From NCBI GenBank assembly GCA_018970245.1, contig JAGWWT010000002.1, positions 24,067 through 88,066 on the forward strand: DNA of 64,000 nt, in the 5' to 3' direction. Below the pieces are notes generated by a model, which was not told the origin of the DNA, made no database searches, and saw nothing but the letters and a program-made list of their open reading frames with translations. Source of the DNA: Patescibacteria group bacterium (GTDB lineage: Bacteria; Patescibacteriota; Minisyncoccia; Phycocordibacterales; PALSA-1337). Below, piece by piece: positions 30,214 to 40,169 of the stretch (the stretch's first letter is position 1; every line of letters starts with the position of its first letter). The position numbers were made by a program, and so were the translations under genes.

Positions 30214-30352
30214 ATCTATCCCGCCCATGGCCAGCGCCATCGGGCGGGATTTCTCATTGTGAGCGTTGAGAGCCGTTGTAAACAGTGAGACGCTGTAAGC
30301 GCCGTCCGGCTCGGCCGTCAGACCAATAGCACAAGGTACTTACCAGAATCCC

Positions 30353-32158
30353 ATGAAAAAAACTCTCATCATCCTCGCTATCGCCGCCGCTGCCAGCTCC
30401 GCCCCTGCCGTCTTCTCGCCTGGGATCGCCAGCGCGTCGGTCTCCGACTGGCAAAAAGGAGTCTCGCTGTATCCCCAGAACCCTGGGGATTTTTCGTCCA
30501 GCGCCTTCGACCAGTCCCTCTCGAATGCCCACGCTGCTGGCGCGGATACCGCCGTCCTCATCATCCCCCTCTATCAGACCGATGACAATTCTTCGAGCAT
30601 ATTCACCGGCTACAACACGCCATCGGATGCAGACATCGTGAGCGCCGGGAATTACGCCAAGTCTATCGGCATGAAGGTCGTCCTCAAGCCGCATGTCGAT
30701 CCGCTGAACGGGGATTGGCGAGCCAACATCAATCCCTCGAATCGCGACCAGTGGTACGGCAGCTACGGCTACTGGCTGAACCATATCGGCGACCTCGGGA
30801 CGCAAGTGGGCGCCGCCGGCATCGTCGTCGGCACAGAGCTCATCTCGACAGCGGACTACACGGTCAATCCGGACAACACGGAGCGCTGGCAGAAGCTCAT
30901 CTCCGATCTGCGCCAGCATTTCTCCGGCTTCCTGACTTACAGCGCCAATTGGGGCTCGGGCTCTTATGCCGAAGAGCCGCCTCACATCGGCTTCTGGCCG
31001 TCGCTCGACTATATCGGCATATCGGCATATTACCCTCTCGCTTCCGGCGTATCGAACCCGTCTGTGAACGACCTCACGGGCTCCTGGAGCTACTGGGACA
31101 CAGCCAAGCTCCAATCCCTTCATACGCAATACGGCAAGAATATCATCTTCACCGAGATCGGATATCGGAGCGTCGATAACGCTCACAACTTGCCTTGGTA
31201 TTCCAATCCTGGCGGCAACTACAATCCGACGGAGCAAGTCAACGACTATACCGCCCTCTTCCAGTATTGGAACAACCAGCCTTACATGAGCGGCATATAT
31301 GCCTGGAATTGGGGCACGAACCCGAATGACGGCGGGTCCGGCAACACCGACTACACGCCGCAGAACAAGCCGGCACAGGCCACTCTGACGTCGTGGTTCG
31401 GCGGGAGCGGCTCGGCTTCGAATCCGCCGCCGAACAATCCGCCCCCGAACAATCCGCCGCCAGGCCCGGGTCCATCTTCCGCGAGCGGCAACTGGACGGT
31501 GAGCGGCCAAGCGCCTTCCCTATCGGCAGGCCAAAGCGCGAGCATCTCGGCGGATGTCGGGATCTCCGGATCAGCTTCGAACGCGACAGTAGACATGGAG
31601 ATATACGACTCATCAGGACATCAGGTCATGCAGCAATTCTTCTCCGGCAAAGATATCGGGCCGACACCGAGCCAGTTCACGATCTCTTGGACGCCGCCGG
31701 CGAACGACGCCTACGAATTGAAGGTCGGCATCTTCAGCTCCGACTGGTCAAAGCTCTACTATTGGGATGATTCGGCTCTCGCCTTGGATGTGGGCGGGGC
31801 GAGCTCCGGCGGCGGCGCAGGTAGCACAGGCGGTTCGCCATCAGGCCCAGCTATCCTCGACGTCTGGTGGCCGTCAGACGGTTCGACAATCTCCGGCGTG
31901 CAGCCATTCAAGGCCATAATAGAGGACCAGCCGCTCTCCGCTTACACGATGTATTGGCAAGTCGACGGCGGGGCGCTGAACCAGATGTCTGACAGCCAGA
32001 CGGATTATCCGCACAAGGAAGCCGATGTGGACGTAGGCCCGTGGTCTTGGAGGGGCGCGAATGGCAGCGGGCCGTATACGGTCACATTCGTGGCCAAGGA
32101 CCAGAATGGGAACGTCATCGCGCAAAAGACTGCCAGCATATCGGTCGCGCACTGGTGA
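30353..32158 (+). CDS. secreted glycoside hydrolase (TIM-barrel, clan GH-A-like) with C-terminal beta-sandwich domains
   Basis: Signal peptide; candidate catalytic glutamates in GTELIS and IFTEIGYRS; PPNNPPPNNPPPGPGP linker then two Ig/CBM-like domains. Confidence 0.55.
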   Translation: MKKTLIILAIAAAASSAPAVFSPGIASASVSDWQKGVSLYPQNPGDFSSSAFDQSLSNAHAAGADTAVLIIPLYQTDDNSSSIFTGYNTPSDADIVSAGNYAKSIGMKVVLKPHVDPLNGDWRANINPSNRDQWYGSYGYWLNHIGDLGTQVGAAGIVVGTELISTADYTVNPDNTERWQKLISDLRQHFSGFLTYSANWGSGSYAEEPPHIGFWPSLDYIGISAYYPLASGVSNPSVNDLTGSWSYWDTAKLQSLHTQYGKNIIFTEIGYRSVDNAHNLPWYSNPGGNYNPTEQVNDYTALFQYWNNQPYMSGIYAWNWGTNPNDGGSGNTDYTPQNKPAQATLTSWFGGSGSASNPPPNNPPPNNPPPGPGPSSASGNWTVSGQAPSLSAGQSASISADVGISGSASNATVDMEIYDSSGHQVMQQFFSGKDIGPTPSQFTISWTPPANDAYELKVGIFSSDWSKLYYWDDSALALDVGGASSGGGAGSTGGSPSGPAILDVWWPSDGSTISGVQPFKAIIEDQPLSAYTMYWQVDGGALNQMSDSQTDYPHKEADVDVGPWSWRGANGSGPYTVTFVAKDQNGNVIAQKTASISVAHW

Positions 32159-32230
32159 TGAGGCAGCGAGGAACAAGAAGGAGACAAAAAATCGCCCTCC
32201 GAAGAAGGCGTGGTGGGCGACGAAAGGCAT

Positions 32231-32884
32231 TCAGATCCCGACTTTGAGCTCAGAGAGCTGGTCGATGACGATGTGAGCGCCGGCGTCGAGAAGGACTTGG
32301 CGCGTGGGGCGGCCGCGCGTTATGCCGACGGCATTCACCCCGGCAAGGCGCGCTCTGACCATGTCGTCGGCGAAGTCGCCGAGGTACGTGGCTTGATCCA
32401 GATCGACGCCATAAGCCCTGCAGAGCTTCTTCATCGGGTCGGTCTTGTCTAGGGAATCGCCGATGAATTGGCTGATATTCCTGGCGAGGCCATGGATCTC
32501 GCAGCGCGACCGTACCAACGATTCCTTGTTTGCGCTCAAGATGCAGACTATGGCCTCTTCCGAGAGCCTCTTCAATTCTTGGCGCACATCCGGGAAGAAT
32601 GAGGAGATCTGATGCGACTTGAACATATCGTACCAAGCTCTTATCTCTTCCTTGGGCATGAAGACTCCCCTGGCCTCGTAGAAAAGCTTGTATGGCGGAT
32701 GGAAATCCCTGGCGAATTCCATGTAGCTCGGCATTGGGCGGCCGCTCATCATGAAGATGCTGGTCATAGCCAGGTAGGTGATCCTCATCTGCACGAGCGT
32801 GCCGTCGAAATCCAAGATGACCATCTTCTGCCTTTTCGGCGGCCATCCGTTTAGATCGTTTTTCATTTTGAACTCCGTGGGCAC
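32231..32884 (-). CDS. HAD-family hydrolase
   Basis: ILDFDGTL motif I (DxDGT), downstream S/T and K/D motifs. Confidence 0.7.
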   Translation of the reverse strand: MPTEFKMKNDLNGWPPKRQKMVILDFDGTLVQMRITYLAMTSIFMMSGRPMPSYMEFARDFHPPYKLFYEARGVFMPKEEIRAWYDMFKSHQISSFFPDVRQELKRLSEEAIVCILSANKESLVRSRCEIHGLARNISQFIGDSLDKTDPMKKLCRAYGVDLDQATYLGDFADDMVRARLAGVNAVGITRGRPTRQVLLDAGAHIVIDQLSELKVGI

Positions 32885-32977
32885 GTTATCACGCCTTCGA
32901 TTAACAAATCAAGCGCGCGTTCTTGTATAAAAAACCAGCCGACATGATCGACTGGCGTGTAAGTAGATTTCAGGCGA

Positions 32978-34171
32978 TTATCCCTCAGGTCTGATCTCGA
33001 AGACCTTGCCGCTGAACTTCGATATGACTTGGACATAAGGCTCGCCGCCGCACTTGATGATTTGGCCGGCATTCTTGGAGGGCAAGCCATACTCGTCAGC
33101 GCTTTTCACGAATGCCTGCTCGTCCTCCTGTTCTATGACGACCAAGGCGCCTTGGCCGCCATTGAAGGTGCGGTAAGCCTTCTCGTCGCTCATTTTGGCA
33201 TGGACGACGCAATGCTTGACGACTTCCGGCGGCTCATGCAGATTGTCGAGGACAGCGCCAAGCCCTCTCGGAAATAGGAGCGGTTCGGCGAACTTATCCT
33301 TCAATCCGCCGCCGCTCAAGTGAGCGATAGCGTAAGCCTTGATCTTCGGACGCCATTCGGGGTCATGCCAACCGTTCAGCTCGGTCAGGAATCTGTCGTA
33401 AAGGACAGCCGGCTTGGCCGCCTCCTTCATGTACTTCTGCGCAAGATCTGAACGCGTCAGCCACCATTCCTTGCCGAAGAGATCCCTAAAGAACTTCCTG
33501 ATGGCGCTCGCTCCGTTAGAACGCAGAGCGTCCCAGAGAGCCATGACGACGAGACCCGGTCGGAGAGATGAGCCGTCGATGAGCTTTTCGGGATGATTGA
33601 CTCCGATCATCGTGCCAGTCCAGTTGAAGGCCAGACAGGCATCCCTTATTTCGGAAGAAACGCAATCGCTCATTTCAGCCGTCTCGCCGCTATAGATGAC
33701 ATAGCCTTGCTCTTTGGCGCAGTCTCCGAGGCCATCCATAGCCGCTTTATAGGCCATGAATGAAAAGCTGTCGAGATCGCCGAGCTTATTCACCTCGAGA
33801 CTATCCATGAACAGAAGCGGCAGGCCGCCCCATCTGGTGATATCTCCGGCGCACATAGCCAAAAGATTCCTGGCGACTCTTCGCATCTCCCGAGGCTCGC
33901 AGTCGATCATGTCCGCGGCGGTCACCAGGATCGTCTTCGTGCCGATTCCGTCGGCTCCACCTACGTTCTTCCGTCCCGCGGGCAGGCCGGTGAATTCCCA
34001 GCCGCGCGGCCCGCGAAAATGACCCTTCGACCAATCGGTGATGAGGACATGCGGCGAGTTCTTGTATGAAGCCCGGCAGATATCCCCTGAATACTTGCTG
34101 AATGCGTCGCCGGCTTCGAGGTCGACTCCAGAGGCCTTGTAAAAGTCAGCCCCGCTGCTTTGATTGTTCAT
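32978..34171 (-). CDS. PurM-like protein (AIR synthase-related)
   Basis: YKASGVDLEAGD N-terminus and VGGADGIGTK match the PurM N-domain; longer than canonical PurM; start at internal ATG. Confidence 0.6.
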   Translation of the reverse strand: MNNQSSGADFYKASGVDLEAGDAFSKYSGDICRASYKNSPHVLITDWSKGHFRGPRGWEFTGLPAGRKNVGGADGIGTKTILVTAADMIDCEPREMRRVARNLLAMCAGDITRWGGLPLLFMDSLEVNKLGDLDSFSFMAYKAAMDGLGDCAKEQGYVIYSGETAEMSDCVSSEIRDACLAFNWTGTMIGVNHPEKLIDGSSLRPGLVVMALWDALRSNGASAIRKFFRDLFGKEWWLTRSDLAQKYMKEAAKPAVLYDRFLTELNGWHDPEWRPKIKAYAIAHLSGGGLKDKFAEPLLFPRGLGAVLDNLHEPPEVVKHCVVHAKMSDEKAYRTFNGGQGALVVIEQEDEQAFVKSADEYGLPSKNAGQIIKCGGEPYVQVISKFSGKVFEIRPEG

Positions 34172-34390
34172 TAGCTGTCTTTCTTTTGATTTGTTTGCTG
34201 CAGTTCTGGTGCAAAGACTACCGGTGCGCCGCACAAAGTCAAGCGCAAAAAATCCCCGGCCGATGTCGTCGGGCGCGGAGATCGGGTGACAGTGTCACGA
34301 GAAAAGGAATTTAGGTCTAGGAGAGCATATCACTTTTGCGGCCATTCTGGTACAATGCCTTCAACTTATTCTGATCAGAATCTCTCGATC

Positions 34391-34807
34391 ATGTCCAATG
34401 TCGTAGTCCAAGTCGGTCCGATCGAAGACCTAGACGCAGGCAAAGCCGGCGGCAGGAAGCTCCTCCGCGCTGTGATCGGCGGCACGCTAGGCAATAGCGA
34501 CGTGCCGGTGCTTTCAGCTTGGGCAGAGGGCTTGAACAGCTCCGTGAATTCCGTGGCTGGCGGCAAGAAGCAATCCGTCTGCGTCCTCATCGATATCCGC
34601 CGTATGGAAACGTACAGCGATCCCCAGGTGATCACCATCCTCGCTGAGCTCATGAAAAAAGACGACCCGTTCGTCTACAAGACCGCCACATACGGCGGGA
34701 CCGCCCTTCACCAGATGATCGAAGGCGTCATCCGCGGCATGGCCGGACGCAGCAACCTGATGAATTTCCCTACGGAATCAGAAGCTTTGAGATGGCTCCG
34801 GGAGTGA
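34391..34807 (+). CDS. hypothetical protein (possibly STAS-like)
   Basis: about 138 aa; start uncertain; convergent overlap with putative anti-sigma gene. Confidence 0.3.
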   Translation: MSNVVVQVGPIEDLDAGKAGGRKLLRAVIGGTLGNSDVPVLSAWAEGLNSSVNSVAGGKKQSVCVLIDIRRMETYSDPQVITILAELMKKDDPFVYKTATYGGTALHQMIEGVIRGMAGRSNLMNFPTESEALRWLRE

Positions 34808-35147
34808 AGCCGTAGCGCCTGACCGTCTTTACGGAATTTACGAGAACTGCGCCCGCAACCAGCACGAGGAGCGATCCCAGGACCTGCACGATCGTGCGCG
34901 CATGCAGGAATGAAGAGAAGAAGTATGAAAGATCCGCACGGACATCCGAATGGGCCAACGTGTTGGAAACGACGCTGCCCAAAGAGACCATCGAGCCGAT
35001 GGCGAAGACTATGGCTAGAGCTCCGAGCATGGCCGCCGACGGCGATCCAAGCCAGGCGCGCACGCCATGCACCGCGCGCACGCGCTGCATTATCTCTTCC
35101 TGCGAATTCGAAATCCGGTCATTGGTCATATTCTGGTCATTAGTCAT
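34770..35147 (-). CDS. putative anti-sigma factor (small membrane protein)
   Basis: 125 aa, one TM, immediately downstream of and overlapping the ECF sigma gene. Confidence 0.4.
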   Translation of the reverse strand: MTNDQNMTNDRISNSQEEIMQRVRAVHGVRAWLGSPSAAMLGALAIVFAIGSMVSLGSVVSNTLAHSDVRADLSYFFSSFLHARTIVQVLGSLLVLVAGAVLVNSVKTVRRYGFTPGAISKLLIP

Positions 35148-35739
35148 ATTTGAATAGGGCGGCGTTGGCCACGTCCAGTTGCCGCAGCTTCGAGCGTGCC
35201 CTTGACAGGCGCGTCCTCACAACGCCATAAGAGACGTTCTCTATCTTCGCGATCTCCTTTTCGGTCTTGTGGTCGAAGACGTACAGCTCGACCGTGCGGC
35301 GCAAAAGGACTGGCAGCTTCGAGATGAGGGACAAAAGATAGCTGGCATCGAAGCCGTACTCGCGCAGCTCCCTGGCCGAGAAGTCCTCGATCTCCCCGAC
35401 GACTTCCGGATCCAGGGTGAAAGTATACTTGCGCTTGTTGCGAGAATATATGGTGAAGCAGACGCGCGTCAGTATGGAATATGCCCATGAGGAGAACTTG
35501 GCGCCGTCTTTCTTCGTATATTTCCTCGCATGGATGTATATGCGTACGAATGATTCTTGGACTGCGTCTTCGGCGTCATCCGTCCCTAATATGCGCCTGG
35601 CGGCCTGGCGGAAAGACGCCTGATACCTATCTACAAGCACTGAAAAGAGCTCCGGCTCTATGAGAGACCGCTCAAGGATCTGCTCATCAGGCATTCCTGC
35701 GTACATTCCGAGATTGGAACCCAAATTGGCCTTATTCAT
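35140..35739 (-). CDS. RNA polymerase ECF-type sigma-70 factor
   Basis: sigma-70 region 2 (ESFVRIYIHARKY) and region 4 HTH (EIAKIENVSYGVVRTRLSRARSKL). Confidence 0.8.
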   Translation of the reverse strand: MNKANLGSNLGMYAGMPDEQILERSLIEPELFSVLVDRYQASFRQAARRILGTDDAEDAVQESFVRIYIHARKYTKKDGAKFSSWAYSILTRVCFTIYSRNKRKYTFTLDPEVVGEIEDFSARELREYGFDASYLLSLISKLPVLLRRTVELYVFDHKTEKEIAKIENVSYGVVRTRLSRARSKLRQLDVANAALFKYD

Positions 35740-35804
35740 AGTATGTTTGCTCCGTTCACATCAGGTATAACTTCCAATACGACCCGAATGTTACATCTGG
35801 CGCA

Positions 35805-37703
35805 TCATTTCCTGAGATCGTCCTTGCGCAGCCTTCCCGCCCGCAGAGCATTGCCTATCGGGATGAAATCAGTCAGGAAATTGAAGGCCGCTGCGCCGGA
35901 AGGGCCGAGAACGCCCAGGAATGGCAGCCCCGCCGTGGCCCAGACCAGGCCGACCGCATTGGTGACTGCCCAGATGACGAAGCACTCCCACATGATATTG
36001 CGGAGCGTCTTGGCCGTCCTCATGGTCTGGGGCAGCCTATATAGGCGGTCCTTCATTATCGTGATATCGGCGGCTTCTATGGCCGCATCAGAGCCGATAC
36101 CGCCCATGGCGATCGATACGTCCACTAGAGCCAATGAAGCTGCATCGTTCACGCCGTCTCCTATATAGGCGACGACTTCAGGCTCCTTCTCCCTCTCGAA
36201 TCTCGTGGCGAACTCGACCTTGGACTGCGGAGTCATATTGGCGTGGAAATGCCTGATGCCGAGCTCTCCAGCAACGGCCGCCGCCGCATGCTCGTTGTCT
36301 CCGGTGAGCATATGCCACTCTTTGACGCCCATAGCCTTCGTCTCGGCGATGATCTCTTTGACCCGAGGCCGGAGCTGATCGATATATGAGAGCAGCCCGG
36401 CGACATGGCCGTCCACTGCCAGGACCACGATACCGCGTCCGGCGTCCTTCTCCAGTTCGATGTCCCTTTCGACGCTCTCCGGCACATGGATCTTCTCGCC
36501 CTTGATGAATGACAAGCGGCCGAGGAACATCTTCTCGGTCCCATGCCTGAATGACAGGCCTTGGCCCGACACTTCTTCGAGCTCGTGCGGGACATGGACC
36601 TTGGCGCCCTTCTCGCGGAGATAGTCGAGGATGGCCCTGGACACGGCATGCTTGGACTCGCTCGCGCCCATTCCGGCCAGCTCTATTATCTTGGATGCCG
36701 TATAAGGCTTGTATGCCTTCACGTCTATTATCTTGGGCTTCCCCTTGGTCAAAGTCCCGGTCTTGTCAGTGAGGACGTACTTCACCCGCGAGAGCTGCTC
36801 GTAGGCGGCCGAGCCTTTCACGATCACTCCCCTTTTGGCCGTCCTGGCTATCGCCGCCGTGAATGCGAGCGGTACGGCAACGGCGATGTCGTCAGCGCAC
36901 ACGACGAGGAGGATGGAAAGTATCTCGATAGACGATAGGCCATATAGATAGAGCGCGACCGAACCGATCAGCATGATGGCTATGTACCATTGCGTGAAGG
37001 TATCGGCCACGCGCTCGGCCTTGGACTTGTGGCGGCTGGCTTCCTCGACGAGGGCGATGATCCTGGCCAGCGTCGTATCGTCGCCGACCTTCTCGGTCCT
37101 GACTATGAGCGAGCCTGAATCGTTGACCGTCGCAGTGAAGACCTTATCGCCGGGCTTCTTGGCGATGAGCTCGCTCTCGCCAGTGAGAGACGACTCGTCG
37201 ATGTCAGCTGTGCCGCTCACGATCACGCCATCGACCGGCATGCGGTCGCCGGCCTCGACGATGACCAAGTCGCCCGGCTTCACAGACTTGATCGGCGCTT
37301 CCCGGACCGTCTCCCCGTCGCGGATGCGGACGCGCTCGACATGGTACTTCATGAGGCTCTGGATTATCTTTTTCGCCCTTACATCGGTGGCATGATCGAA
37401 GACGCGGGCGAAGGCCAGCATCAAGGTGATGAAGGCTGCCGAGGCCCACTGCGCAGATAAGAGCGAGAATACGAGCGCGATCGAGGCCAGGAGGTCGACG
37501 GAGACGCGCTTCTTCATGAGAGACCTCGCGGCGCTATATAGGACGGGCAGGAGCCCGAGGAACGAGAGCACGGCCAGAGCGGCCTGGGTCCATGCGTTGC
37601 CGGACACGGTTCCAGCGATCAAAAAGACGGCGGTAGCGCCGATGAGGAAATAGTCGAAGATCGGAAGGATCTTGCTCTCAAGGCCCTTCAAGCGTCCTGT
37701 CAT
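35805..37703 (-). CDS. P-type ATPase, P1B-like but lacking CPx motif and N-terminal metal-binding domain
   Basis: 632 aa; DKTGTLT, GDGVNDAASLALVDVSIAMG, TGES motif; TM6 reads VVCADDIAVAVP where CPC/CPH is expected. Confidence 0.8.
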   Translation of the reverse strand: MTGRLKGLESKILPIFDYFLIGATAVFLIAGTVSGNAWTQAALAVLSFLGLLPVLYSAARSLMKKRVSVDLLASIALVFSLLSAQWASAAFITLMLAFARVFDHATDVRAKKIIQSLMKYHVERVRIRDGETVREAPIKSVKPGDLVIVEAGDRMPVDGVIVSGTADIDESSLTGESELIAKKPGDKVFTATVNDSGSLIVRTEKVGDDTTLARIIALVEEASRHKSKAERVADTFTQWYIAIMLIGSVALYLYGLSSIEILSILLVVCADDIAVAVPLAFTAAIARTAKRGVIVKGSAAYEQLSRVKYVLTDKTGTLTKGKPKIIDVKAYKPYTASKIIELAGMGASESKHAVSRAILDYLREKGAKVHVPHELEEVSGQGLSFRHGTEKMFLGRLSFIKGEKIHVPESVERDIELEKDAGRGIVVLAVDGHVAGLLSYIDQLRPRVKEIIAETKAMGVKEWHMLTGDNEHAAAAVAGELGIRHFHANMTPQSKVEFATRFEREKEPEVVAYIGDGVNDAASLALVDVSIAMGGIGSDAAIEAADITIMKDRLYRLPQTMRTAKTLRNIMWECFVIWAVTNAVGLVWATAGLPFLGVLGPSGAAAFNFLTDFIPIGNALRAGRLRKDDLRK

Positions 37704-37727
37704 CCCGATATTATACCTTATGCGAGC

Positions 37728-39017
37728 TTATGTGAGCTTGGTTATGTCCCTGGGATAGAAGGAGTTGATGGTCCAGTCTATGGCGATCCTTATGCGCTTC
37801 TGCCATGAGGCGAACTTGAACAGATACACTGTGCGCCATATCCACCAAGCCAGCGATCCAGCTATATGCAGAGAATATATCTCCCCTATGGCGAACCACT
37901 GGCCCACTGAGACCATGCTGCCTTTTGATTCGAAATGGAAATTGCGCAAAGGCCGCCGGCGGATCGAGGCGATGACGTTGTGCGCCACGGCCCTAGACTG
38001 GGCCACAGCCGCCTGGGCGAGCATGGGGACAGGCCTGGTCTTGGCTGAATCCTTCTGGAATTCATGGGCATCCACATAGGCGGCGGCGTCGCCGAGCACG
38101 AATATCCGATCGCTCATCTGCAGCCTGAAATACTGGTCGACGACCAGGCGGCCTCCCGAAAGCGCCGGCGTCGTCCCGACGAAAGCAGGCGCTGTCGCCT
38201 TGACTCCGGCCGCCCAGATGACCGTCCCTGCTTCGACCGTCGTGCCATCCGACATCTTCAATCCTGACGGCGAGGCCTCGACCACCGTCCGCCCCAAGAG
38301 GAGGTCGACCTTATTCTTGCGCAAGCGCTTCTCCGCGGCCAGGCGTAGCTTTGGAGCGAACATCTCCAATAGCTCCTTGCCTGTGTGGATCAGGCTGACG
38401 CGCGTCTGCAGGCCCGCCTTGCGGAAATATTTCTTCTTCATCTCGCGCACGAATTCAGCGAGCTCCGAGGCCGCCTCTACCCCGGTCGCGCCGCCGCCGA
38501 CCACGATGAACGAGAGGTCGCGAGCGAGCTCGTCCGGCGACTTTGCCAGGACGCCGAGCTCGAAAGCGTCGATGATCCGCGACCGTATGGCTATAGCATC
38601 CCAAAGGGTCTTGAGAGGAAGCGTGTTCTCCTTGGCTCCAGGTATGCCGTAATAATTGGTTTCTGCCCCGCTCGCGAGGACGAGATAGTCATAAGGGATG
38701 ATGCAGTCCTCCTGCTCTCCGCTGACCGTCACCAGGCGCTTCTCCGGATCTATGGATCTTATCTCTGCTTGGACGATCTTCGTCCCCGAATCGCGGAATA
38801 TCTGGCGGAGCGGCTCAGCCACGTTCCTGGGACCGAGGCCTCCGGTGGCAACTTCATGCAGGAGCGGCGTGAACAGGAAATAGTTCGTGCGATTGACGAT
38901 GGTGAGGTCGATCAAGCCCTTCTTGGCCAGGCGCTTCAGCCGCCGGCCGACATAGACTCCTCCGAATCCGGCCCCGAGTATGACAATGCGCGGTTTCATT
39001 TGCGTATAGTATAACAC
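37728..39017 (-). CDS. ndh: type II NADH dehydrogenase (NDH-2) / FAD-dependent pyridine nucleotide-disulfide oxidoreductase
   Basis: IVILGAGFGGVY and VVGGGATGVEAASEL dinucleotide-binding motifs; 429 aa. Confidence 0.8.
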   Translation of the reverse strand: MLYYTQMKPRIVILGAGFGGVYVGRRLKRLAKKGLIDLTIVNRTNYFLFTPLLHEVATGGLGPRNVAEPLRQIFRDSGTKIVQAEIRSIDPEKRLVTVSGEQEDCIIPYDYLVLASGAETNYYGIPGAKENTLPLKTLWDAIAIRSRIIDAFELGVLAKSPDELARDLSFIVVGGGATGVEAASELAEFVREMKKKYFRKAGLQTRVSLIHTGKELLEMFAPKLRLAAEKRLRKNKVDLLLGRTVVEASPSGLKMSDGTTVEAGTVIWAAGVKATAPAFVGTTPALSGGRLVVDQYFRLQMSDRIFVLGDAAAYVDAHEFQKDSAKTRPVPMLAQAAVAQSRAVAHNVIASIRRRPLRNFHFESKGSMVSVGQWFAIGEIYSLHIAGSLAWWIWRTVYLFKFASWQKRIRIAIDWTINSFYPRDITKLT

Positions 39018-39045
39018 TACGACGGGAACGCCCTCATCGGTCCGC

Positions 39046-39774
39046 TCACAGGTTAGCGAGCTTTATGGCTGCGAAGAGGACGGCAGCGCCGACGAGCGTC
39101 ATGGCTGTCGTCAGGAATTTCGGATGGGCATGATGGCTCTCTGGCACGAGATCGCTGGCGCCGATGTACATGAAGAATCCGGCGAATAGCGAGAGGATGA
39201 TAGCGAGAGACTGCTCTGGCAGCCTGAAGAAAAGGGTCGAGGCAGCGCCAAGGACCGGAGCCATGGCGTCGACGATCAGCCATCTGAAGGCGAAACGGCT
39301 CTGGCCTTGGTTCTTTAGTATGAGATTGACAGTATTGATCCCGTCAGAGAAGTCATGGACGAGTACGGCGACCGCGACGACCGCGCCGACAGCGGCAGAT
39401 AGCTGGAAAGCCAATCCGATAGCCAAGCCGTCGAGGAAGCTGTGGAATGAGAGGCTCCCTGCTCCAAGGACGCCCCGCTCGATGTGCGCTGCTTCATGCT
39501 CGCCGTCTTCATGGGCATGGGAATGGAGGAATATCACTCTGTCGAGGATGAGATAGAAGAGGAATCCGGCGGCGGTTATCGCGGTCACAGTGGACAGGCT
39601 GTAGAAATTCGAGCCGAGCCCGATAGATTCCGGCAAGAGATCGAAGAAAGCCACCCCGATCACTGCCCCAGCCGAGAATCCGAGGATGAGGTGCAGCTTG
39701 TCCTTGAATCGCAGCGCCAAAAGGCCGCCGGCGAAGGTGGAGACGAATGTTGCTAGAGCGATGATTATGACCAT
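39046..39774 (-). CDS. ZIP-family metal transporter (ZupT-like)
   Basis: HSFLDGLAIGLAF and HDFSDGI motifs, His-rich loop HSHAHEDGEHE; start at internal ATG. Confidence 0.8.
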   Translation of the reverse strand: MVIIIALATFVSTFAGGLLALRFKDKLHLILGFSAGAVIGVAFFDLLPESIGLGSNFYSLSTVTAITAAGFLFYLILDRVIFLHSHAHEDGEHEAAHIERGVLGAGSLSFHSFLDGLAIGLAFQLSAAVGAVVAVAVLVHDFSDGINTVNLILKNQGQSRFAFRWLIVDAMAPVLGAASTLFFRLPEQSLAIILSLFAGFFMYIGASDLVPESHHAHPKFLTTAMTLVGAAVLFAAIKLANL

Positions 39775-40079
39775 GTGTCTATTCTGATCTTGTGAGCTAT
39801 CTGGTAAGCCGGCTTTTTTCGGCCTAAGTTCAGCTGCCGTACCAGACCGCATTCTACCAATTTATCTACCGATCGGTAAATCATAGCCCGACTGCACTTT
39901 TCTTTGAGCTTCTCCGTGATCTCTGCGAGCGAATATGGACTAGCATCGTCATTCAATGCTTTGAGGAGTTCTATCCGCCTGCTCGATGCTTTTAGGTGGC
40001 AAGACCACAATTCTACGCGGAACTCTGCATCGGGACCTTCTAGGAGGTGATCCTCGAAATCATCGTTAATTTTGGGCAT
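39765..40079 (-). CDS. Fur-family-like transcriptional regulator, DNA-binding domain only
   Basis: LKASSRRIELLKAL...PYSLAEITEKL...AMIYRSVDKLVECGLV matches the Fur N-terminal wHTH; no C-terminal metal-binding domain; start at internal ATG (MPKINDD), because upstream codons are encoded by the repeat array. Confidence 0.55.
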   Translation of the reverse strand: MPKINDDFEDHLLEGPDAEFRVELWSCHLKASSRRIELLKALNDDASPYSLAEITEKLKEKCSRAMIYRSVDKLVECGLVRQLNLGRKKPAYQIAHKIRIDTWS

Positions 40080-40083
40080 GGCA

Positions 40084-40169
40084 GATAATGGATCGGATTG
40101 ATGGCTGATAATTGGGCGATTATGAACGATAATTGGACGATTATGGACGATATTTAGGCGCTTATGAAC
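40084..40169. repeat. about 4 tandem copies of a 21-nt palindrome-containing unit (GATAATTGGNCGATTATGRAC), Fur-box-like
   Basis: GATAATTGGGCGATTATGAAC / GATAATTGGACGATTATGGAC / GATATTTAGGCGCTTATGAAC plus one degenerate copy, immediately upstream of the Fur-like gene. Confidence 0.7.

Noticed and set aside
30254-31510. 418-aa minus-strand ORF antisense to the glycoside hydrolase gene
   Set aside because: Arg/Ala/Pro-rich, low-complexity translation typical of a GC-rich shadow frame. The plus-strand gene has a signal peptide and recognisable catalytic motifs.
40084-40169. Considered whether the 21-nt tandem repeats are a CRISPR array or coding repeat (NIVHNRPIIVHNRPII)
   Set aside because: Units are contiguous with no spacers, AT-rich and internally palindromic like Fur boxes, and sit directly upstream of a Fur-like gene. 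The repeat-encoded peptide is upstream of the plausible ATG.
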